A stretch of DNA of 64,000 bases from Eledone cirrhosa. Its lineage: Eukaryota. Under the pieces are notes generated by a model. The model ran no database searches. It had not been told where the DNA came from and saw nothing but the letters and a program-made list of their open reading frames with translations. Of this stretch, positions 51,801-61,900 are shown one piece after another. Position 1 is the stretch's first letter; every line of letters starts with the position of its first letter. The stretch is taken from NCBI GenBank assembly GCA_964016885.1, contig OZ024741.1:262322001-262386000 (forward strand), given 5' to 3'. A program made the position numbers and the translations under genes.

Positions 51801-54800
51801 GTGTTTCGACTACGAGTGTTTCGACTACGAGTGTTTCGACTTACGAGTGTTCTGACTTACGAGTGTTCTGACTTACGGGTGTTCTGACTTACGAGTGTTC
51901 CGACTTACGAGTGTTTCGGCTTATGAGTGTTTCGGCTTACGAGCGTTTCGACTACGAGTGTTTCGACTTACGAATGTTTTTGCTTACGAGTGTTTCGACT
52001 TACGAATGTTTTTGCTTACGAGTGTTTCGGCTTACGAGTGTTTCGACTTACAAGTGTTTCGACTTACGAGTGTTTTGACTTACGAGTGTTCCGACTTACG
52101 AGTGTTTCGGCTTACGAGTGTTTCGGCTCACGAGTGTTTCGACTTACGAGTGTTTTAAATTACGAATGTTTTGCCTTACGGGTGTTTCGGTTTACGGGTG
52201 TTTTGACTTACGAGTGTTCTGACTTACGAGTGTTCCGGCTTACGAGTGTTTCGGCTTACGAGTGTTTTGGTTTACGTGTGTTTCGACTTACGAATGTTTC
52301 GGCTTGCGAGTGTTTCGACTTACGAGTGTTCCGACCTACGAGTGCTTCGGCTACGGATGTTCCGACTTACGGGTGTTTCGGCTTATGAGTGTTTCGAATT
52401 ACGAGTGTTTTGACTTACGGGTGTTTCGACTTACGAGTGTTTTGGTTTACGTGTGTTTCGACTTACGAATGTTTCGGCTTACGAGTGTTTCGACTTACGA
52501 GTGTTTAAACTTACGAGTGTTTTGACTTACGGGTGTTTCGACTTACGAGTGTTTTGGTTTACGTGTGTTTCGACTTACGAATGTTTCGGCTTACGAGTGT
52601 TTCGGCTCACGAGTTTTCCGACTTACGAGTGTTTCGGCTTACGGATGTTTCGACTTACGGGTGTTTCGACTCACGAGTGTTTCTACTTACGAGTGTTTCG
52701 ACTTACGAGTGTTTTCACTTACGAGTGTTCCGACTTACGAGTGTTTCGGCTTACGAGTGTTCCGACCTACGAGGGTTTCGGCTTACGGGTGTTCCGACTT
52801 ACGAGTATTTTCAGCTTACGAGTGTTTCGACTTACGAGTGTTTTGACTTACGGGTGTTTTGACATAAGAGTGTTTCGATACGAGTGTTCTGACTTACGAG
52901 TGTTCTGACTTACGAGTGTTCTCACTTACGGGTGTTCTGACTTACGAGTGTTCCGACTTACGAGTGTTTCGGCTTATGAGTGTTTCGGCTTACGAGCGTT
53001 TGGACTACGAGTATTTCGACTTACGAATGTTTTTGCTTACGAGTGTTTCGAGTTACGAATGTTTTTGCTTACGAATGTTTTTGCTTACGAGTGTTCTGAC
53101 TTACGAGTGTTTTGACTTACGAGTGTTCCGACTTACGACTGTTTTGGTTTACGTGTGTTTCGACTTACGAATGTTTCGGCTTACGAGTGTTTCGACTTAC
53201 GAGTGTTCCGACCTACGAGTGTTTCGGCTACGGATGTTCCGACTTACGAGTATTTTCGGCTTACGAGTGTTTTGACTTACGATTGTTTTGACTTACGAGT
53301 GTTTTGACTTAAGGATATTTTGACTTACGGGTGTTTCGGCTTACGAGTGTTTCGACTTACGAGTTTTTTTTGGTTTACGTGTGTTTCGACTTACTAATGT
53401 TTCGGCTTACGAGTGTTTAGAATTACGAGTGTTTCGACTTACGGTTGTTCTGACTTACGGGTATTCCGACTTACGAGTGATTTGGCATACGAGTGTTTCG
53501 ACTTACGAGTGTTTTCGGCTTACGAGTGTTTCGACTTACGAGTGTTTTGACTTACGATTGTTTCGGCTTACGAGTGTTTCGACTTACGAGTGTTTCGGCT
53601 TACGAGTGTTTCGGCTTATGAGTGTTTTGACTTAAGGGTGTTTCGACGAGTGTTTCGATACGAGTGTTTCGACTTACGGGTGTTCTGACTTACGAGTGTT
53701 CTGATTTACGGATGTTTCGAATTATGAGTGTTTCGACTACGAGTGTTTCGACTTACGAATGTTTTTGCTTACGAGTGTTTCGACTTACGAATGTTTTTGC
53801 TTACGAGTGTTTCGGCTTACGAGTGTTTCGACTTACAAGTGTTTCGACTTACGAGTGTTTTGACTTACGGTGTTTCGGCTTACGAGTGTTTCGACATACG
53901 AGTGTTTTGACTTACCGGTGTTTCGACTTACGGGTGTTTCGACTTACGAGAGTTTCGACTTACGAGTGTTCTGACTTACGAGTGTTCTGACTTACGAGTG
54001 TTCCGACTTGCGAGTGTTTCGGCTTACGAGTGTTTCGACATGCGAGTGTTTTGACTTACGGATGTTTCGACTTACGGGTGTTTCGACTCACGAGTGTTTC
54101 TACTTACGAGTGTTTCGACTTAAGAGTGTTCCGACTTACGAGTGTTTTGACTTACGAGTGTTCCGACTTACGAGTGTTTCGCTTACGAGTGTTTCGGCTC
54201 ACGAGTGTTTCGACTTACGAGTGTTTTGAATTACGAATGTTTTGCCTTACGGGTGTTTCGGTTTACGAGTGTTTTGACTTACGAGTGTTCTGACTTACGA
54301 GTATTCCGGCTTACGAGTGTTTCGGCTTACGAGTGTTTCGACTTACGAGTGTTCCGACCTACGAGTGTTTCGGCTACGGATGTTCCGACTTACGAGTGTT
54401 TCGACTTACGAGTGTTTTGACTTACGGGTGTTTCGACTTACGAGATTTTTTACTTACGGGTGTTTCGACTTACGGATGTTTTGACATGCGAGTGTTTCGA
54501 TACGAGTGTTTCGACTTACGAGTGTTCTGACTTACGAGTGTTTCGACTTACGAGTGTTTCGACTTACGAGTGTTTCGACTTACGAGTGTTTCCACTTACG
54601 AGTGCTTTTGCCATACGGGTGTTTCGGTTTACGAGTGTTTCGACTTACGAGTGTTCTGACTTACGAGTGTTCCGACTTACGAGTGTTTCGACTTACGAGT
54701 GTTTCGGCTTAAGAGTGTTTCGACATGCGAGTGTTTTGAATTACGGATGTTTCGACTTACTGGTGTTTCGACTCACGAGTGTTTCTACTTACGAGTGTTT

Positions 54801-57800
54801 CGACTTACGAGTGTTCCGACTTACGAGTGATTTGACTTACGAGTGTTCCGACTTACGAGTGTTTCGGCTTACGAGTGTTTCGGCTCACGAGTTTTTCGAC
54901 TTAAGAGTGTTTTGAATTACGAATGTTTTGCCTTACGGGTGTTTCGGTTTACGAGTGTTTTGACTTACGAGTATTCTGACTTACGAGTGTTCCGACTTAC
55001 GGGTGTTTCGACTTACGAGTGTTTCGACATACGAGTGTTCCGACCTACGAGGGTTTCGGCTTACGGGTGTTCCGACTTACGAGTATTTTCGATTTACGAG
55101 TGTTTCGACTTACGAGTGTTTTGGCTTACGGGTGTTTTGACATACTAGTGTTTCGATACGAGTGTTCTGACTTACGAGTGTTCCGACTTACGAGTGTTTC
55201 GGCTTATGAGTGTTTCGGCTTACGAGCGTTTCGACTACGAGTGTTTCGACTTACGAATGTTTTTGCTTACGAGTGTTTCGACTTACGAATGTTTTTGCTT
55301 ACGAATGTTTTTGCTTACGAGTGTTCTGACTTACGAGTGTTTTGACTCACGAGTGTTCCGACTTACGAGTGTTTTGGTTTACGTGTGTTTCGACTTACGA
55401 ATGTTTCGGCTTACGAGTGTTTCGACTTACGAGTGTTCCGACCTACGAGTGTTTCGGCTACGGATGTTCCGACTTACGAGTGTTCTGACTTACGAGTGTT
55501 CCGACTTGCGAGTGTTTCGGCTTACGAGTGTTTCGACATGCGAGTGTTTTGACTTACGGATGTTTCGACTTACGGGTGTTTCGACTCACGAGTGTTTCTA
55601 CTTACGAGTGTTTCGACTTACGAGTGTTCCGACTTACGAGTGTTTTGACTTACGAGTGTTCCGACTTACGAGTGTTTCGGATTACGAGTGTTTCGGCTCA
55701 CGAGTGTTTCGACTTACGAGTGTTTCGACTTACGAGTGTTTCGACTTACGAGTGCATTTGCCATACGGGTGTTTCGGTTTACGAGTGTTTCGGCTTATGA
55801 GTGTTTCGGCTTATGAGTGTTTTGACTTAAGGGTGTTTCGACGAGTGTTTCGATACGAGTGTTTCGACTTACGGGTGTTCTGACTTACGAGTGTTCTGAT
55901 TTACGGATGTTTCGAATTATGAGTGTTTCGACTACGAGTGTTTCGACTTACGAGTGTTTCGACTACGAGTGTTTTGACTTACGAGTGTTCTGACTTACGA
56001 GTGTTCTGACTTACGGGTGTTCTGACTTACGAGTGTTCCGATTTACGAGTGTTTCGGCTTATGAGTGTTTCGGCTTACGAGCGTTTCGACTAGGAGTGTT
56101 TCGACTTACGAATGTTTTTGCTAACGAGTGTTTCGACTTACGAGTGTTTCGACTTACAAGTGTTTCGACTTACGAGTGTTTTGACTTACGGTGTTTCGGC
56201 TTACGAGTGTTTCAACATACGAGTGTTTTGACTTACCGGTGTTTCGACTTACGGGTGTTTCGACTTACGAGAGTTTCGACTTACGAGTGTTCTGACTTAC
56301 GAGTGTTCTGACTTACGAGTGTTCCGACTTGCGAGTGTTTCGGCCTACGAGTGTTTCGACATGCGAGTTTTTTTACTTACGGATGTTTCGACTTACGGGT
56401 GTTTCGACTCACGAGTGTTTCTACTTACGAGTGTTTCGACTTACGAGTGTTCCGACTTACGAGTGTTTTGACTTACGAGTGTTCCGACTTACGAGTGTTT
56501 CGGCTTACGAGTGTTTCGGCTCACGAGTGTTCCGACTTACGAGTGTTCCGACTTACGAGTGTTTCGGCTACGGATGTTCCGACTTACGAGTATTTTCGGC
56601 TTACGAGTGTTTTGACTTACGATTGTTTTGACTTACGGGTATTTCGGCTTACGAGTGTTTCGACTTACGAGTGTTTCGACTTACGAATGTTTCGGCTTAC
56701 GAGTGTTTCGACTTACGAGTGTTTTGACTTACGGGTGTTTCGACTTACGAGTGTTTTGGTTTACGTGTGTTTCGACTTACGAATGTTTCGGCTTACGAGT
56801 GTTTCCACTTACGAGTGTTTAAACTTACGAGTGTTTTGACTTACGGGTGTTTCGACTTACGAGTGTTTTGGTTTACGTGTGTTTCGACTTACGAATGTTT
56901 CGACTTACGAGTGTTTTGACTTACGATTGTTTCGGCTTACGAGTGTTTCGACTTACGAGTGTTTCGGCTTACGAGTGTTTCGGCTTACGAGTGTTTTGAC
57001 TTAAGGGTGTTTCGACGAGTGTTTCGATACGAGTGTTCCGACTTACGGGTGTTTCGGCTTACGAGTGTTTCGACATACGAGTGTTCCGACCTACGAGGGT
57101 TTCGGCTTACGGGTGTTCCGACTTACGAGTATTTTCGACTTACGAGTGTTTCGACTTACGAGTGTTTTGACTTACGATTGTTTCGGCTTACGAGTGTTTC
57201 GACTTACGAGTGTTTTGGCTTACGGGTGTTTTGACATACTAGTGTTTCGATACGAGTGTTCTGACTTACGAGTGTTCCGACTTACGAGTGTTTCGGCTTA
57301 TGAGTGTTTCGGCTTACGAGCGTTTCGACTACGAGTGTTTCGACTTACGAATGTTTTTGCTTACGAGTGTTTCGACTTACGAATGTTTTTGCTTACGAAT
57401 GTTTTTGCTTACGAGTGTTCTGACTTACGAGTGTTTTGACTTACGAGTGTTCCGACTTACGAGTGTTTTGGTTTACGTGTGTTTCGACTTACGAATGTTC
57501 CGACCTACGAGGGTTTCGGCTTACGGGTGTTCCGACTTACGAGTATTTTCGGCTTATGAGTGTTTCGACTTACGAGTGTTTTGTCTTACGATTGTTTCGG
57601 CTTACGAGTGTTTCGACTTACGAGTGTTTTGACTTACGGGTGTTTTGACATACGAGTGTTTCGATACGAGTGTTCTGACTTACGAGTGTTCTGACTTACG
57701 AGTGTTCTGACTTACGGGTGTTCTGACTTACGAGTGTTTCGGCTTATGAGTGTTTCCACTTACGAGTGCTTTTGCCATACGGGTGTTTCGGTTTACGAGT

Positions 57801-58900
57801 GTTTCGACTTACGAGTGTTCTGACTTACGAGTGTTCCGACTTACGAGTGTTTCGACTTACGAGTGTTTCGGCTTAAGAGTGTTTCGACATGCGAGTGTTT
57901 TGAATTACGGATGTTTCGACTTACTGGTGTTTCGACTCACGAGTGTTTCTACTTACGAGTGTTTCGACTTACGAGTGTTCCGACTTACGAGTGTTTTGAC
58001 TTACGAGTGTTCCGACTTACGAGTGTTTCGGCTTACGAGTGTTTCGGCTCACGAGTTTTTCGACTTAAGAGTGTTTTGAATTACGAATGTTTTGCCTTAC
58101 GGGTGTTTCGGTTTACGAGTGTTTTGACTTACGAGTATTCTGACTTACGAGTGTTTCGACTTACGGGTGTTTCGACTTACGAGTGTTTCGACATACGAGT
58201 GTTCCGACCTACGAGGGTTTCGCCTTACGGGTGTTCCGACTTACGAGTATTTTCGATTTACGAGTGTTTCGACTTACGAGTGTTTTGGCTTACGGGTGTT
58301 TTGACATACTAGTGTTTCGATACGAGTGTTCTGACTTACGAGTGTTCCGACTTACGAGTGTTTCGGCTTATGAGTGTTTCGGCTTACGAGCGTTTCGACT
58401 ACGAGTGTTTCGACTTACGAATGTTTTTGCTTACGAGTGTTTCGACTTACGAATGTTTTTGCTTACGAATGTTTTTGCTTACGAGTGTTCTGACTTACGA
58501 GTGTTTTGACTTACGGATGTTTCGACTTACGGGTGTTTCGACTCACGAGTGTTTCTACTTACGAGTGTTTCGACTTACGAGTGTTCCGACTTACGAGTGT
58601 TTTGACTTACGAGTGTTCCGACTTACGAGTGTTTCGGCTTACGAGTGTTTCGGCTCACGAGTGTTTCGACTTACGAGTGTTTCGACTTACGAGTGTTTCG
58701 ACTTACGAGTGCATTTGCCATACGGGTGTTTCGGTTTACGAGTGTTTCGGCTTACGAGTGTTTCGGCTCACGAGTGTTCTTACTTACGAGTGTTCTGACT
58801 TACGAGTGTTCTGACTTACGAGTGTTCTGACTTACGAGTGTTCCGACTTACGAGTGTTTCGGCTCACGAGTGTTTCGGCTTACGAGTGTTTCGACTTACG

Positions 58901-58978
58901 AAAATAACAAATAGACGCGGTTTCAAATCTCTATGCTTTTCAAATTCATTACATTAATCTTTATTTATACGTTTCGCT
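58901..58978 (+). repeat. AT-rich element copy 25
   Basis: Direct match to copy 24, offset 10155. Confidence 0.95.
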
Positions 58979-61900
58979 TTACGAATGTTTCGACTTACGA
59001 GTGTTTCGACTTACGAGTGTTTCGGCTTACGAGTGTTTTGACTTACGAGATTTTTTACTTACGGGTGTTTCGACTTACGCGTGTTTCGGCTTACGAATGT
59101 TTTGACTTACGAGTGTTTTGACTTACGGGTGTTTTGACATACGAGTGTTTCGATACGAGTGTTTCGACTTACGAGTGTTTCGGCTTACGAGTGTTTCGGC
59201 TCACGAGTGTTTCGACTTAAGAGTGTTTCGACTTACGAGTGTTTCGACTTACGAGTGTTTCGACTTACGTGTGCTTTTGCCATACGGGTGTTTCGGTTTA
59301 CGAGTGTTTCGACTTACGAGTGTTCTGACTTACGAGTGTTCCGACTTACGAGTGTTTCGACTTACGAGTGTTTCGACTTACGAGTGTTCCGACCTATGAG
59401 TGTTTCGGCTTACGGGTGTTCCGACCTACGAGTGTTTCGACTGACGAGTGTTTTGACTTACGATTGTTTCGGCTTACGAGTGTTTCGACTTACGAGTGTT
59501 TCGACTTACGAGTGTTCTGACTTACGAGTGTTCTGACTTACGAGTGTTCCGACTTACGAGTGTTTCGGCTTACGAGTGTTTCGACATGCGAGTGTTTTGA
59601 CTTACGGATGTTTCGACTTACGGGTGTTTCAACTCACGAGTGTTTCTACTTGCGAGTGTTTCGACTTACGAGTGTTCCGACTTACGAGTGTTTTGACTTA
59701 CGAGTGTTCCGACTTACGAGTGTTTCGGCTTACGAGTGTTTCGGCTCACGAGTTTTTCGACTTACGAGTGTTTTGAATTACGAATGTTTTGCCTTACGGG
59801 TGTTTCGGTTTACGAGTGTTTTGACTTACGAGTATTCTGACTTACGAGTGTTCCGACTTACGGGTGTTTCGACTTACGAGTGTTTCGACTTACGAGTGTT
59901 CCGACCTACGAGGGTTTCGGCTTACGGGTGTTCCGACTTACGAGTATTTTCGGCTTACGAGTGTTTCGACTTACGAGTGTTTTGTCTTACGATTGTTTCG
60001 GCTTACGAGTGTTTCGACTTACGAGTGTTTTGACTTACGTTGTTTCGGTTTACGCGTGTTTCGACTTACGAGTGTTTTGACTTACGGGTGTTTTGACATA
60101 CGAGTGTTTCGATACGAGTGTTCTGACTTACGAGTGTTCTGACTTACGAGTGTTCTGACTTACGAGTGTTCTGACTTACGGGTGTTCTGACTTACGAGTG
60201 TTCCGACTTACGAGTGTTTCGGCTTATGAGTGTTTCGGCTTACGAGCGTTTCGCCTACGAGTGTTTCGACTTACGAATGTTTTTGCTTACGAGTGTTTCG
60301 ACTTACGAATGTTTTTGCTTACGAGTGTTCTGACTTACGAGTGTTTTGACTTACGAGTGTTCCGACTTACGAGTGTTTTGGTTTACGTGTGTTTCGACTT
60401 ACGAATGTTTCGGCTTACGAGTGTTTCGACTTACGAGTGTTCCGACCTACGAGTGTTTCGGCTACGGATGTTCCGACTTACGAGTATTTTCGGCTTACGA
60501 GTGTTTTGACTTACGATTGTTTTGACTTACGATTGTTTCGGCTTACGAGTGTTTCGACTTACGTGTGTTTCGATTTACGAGTGTTTTGACTTAAGAATAT
60601 TTTGACTTACGGGTGTTTCGGCTTACGAGTGTTTCGACTTACGAGTGTTTCGGCTTACGAGTGTTTCGGCTTATGAGTGTTTTGACTTAAGGGTGTTTCG
60701 ACGAGTGTTTCGATACGAGTGTTTCGACTTACGGGTGTTCTGACTTACGAGTGTTCTGATTTACGGATGTTTCGAATTATGAGTGTTTCGATACGAGTGT
60801 TTCGACTTACGAGTGTTTCGACTACGAGTGTTTTGACTTACGAGTGTTCTGACTTACGAGTGTTCTGACTTACGGGTGTTCTGACTTACGAGTGTTCCGA
60901 CTTACGAGTGTTTCGGCCTATGAGTGTTTCGGCTTACGAGCGTTTCGACTAGGAGTGTTTCGACTTACGAATGTTTTTGCTAACGAGTGTTTCGACTTAC
61001 GAGTGTTTCGACTTACAAGTGTTTCGACTTACGAGTGTTTTGACTTACGGTGTTTCGGCTAACGAGTGTTTCAACATACGAGTGTTTTGACTTACCGGTG
61101 TTTCGACTTACGGGTGTTTCGACTTACGAGAGTTTCAACTTACGAGTGTTCTGACTTACGAGTGTTCTGACTTACGAGTGTTCCGACTTGCGAGTGTTTC
61201 GGCCTACGAGTGTTTCGGCATGCGAGTTTTTTGACTTACGGATGTTTCGACTTACGGGTGTTTCGACTCACGAGTGTTTCTACTTACGAGTGTTTCGACT
61301 TACGAGTGTTCCGACTTACGAGTGTTTTGACTTACGAGTGTTCCGACTTACGAGTGTTTCGGCTTACGAGTGTTTCGGCTCACGAGTGTTCCGACTTACG
61401 AGTGTTCCGACTTACGAGTGTTTCGGCTACGGATGTTCCGACTTACGAGTATTTTCGGCTTACGAGTGTTTTGACTAACGATTGTTTTGACTTACGGGTA
61501 TTTCGGCTTACGAGTGTTTCGACTTACGAGTGTTTCGACTTACGAATGTTTCGGCTTACGAGTGTTTCGACTTACGAGTGTTTTGACTTACGGGTGTTTC
61601 GACTTACGAGTGTTTTGGTTTACGTGTGTTTCGACTTACGAATGTTTCGGCTTACGAGTGTTTCGACTTACGAGTGTTTAAACTTACGAGTGTTTTGACT
61701 TACGGGTGTTTCGACTTACGAGTGTTTTGGTTTACGTGTGTTTCGACTTACGAATGTTTCGACTTACGAGTGTTTTGACTTACGATTGTTTCGGCTTACG
61801 AGTGTTTCGACTTACGAGTGTTTCGGCTTACGAGTGTTTCGGCTTACGAGTGTTTTGACTTAAGGGTGTTTCGACGAGTGTTTCGATACGAGTGTTTCGA

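Noticed and set aside
1212-58978. CRISPR-like repeat/spacer arrangement
   Set aside because: There are no unique spacers, the conserved unit is 78 bp and separated by 0.7-10 kb of satellite, the 16-mers abut directly, and no cas genes are present.
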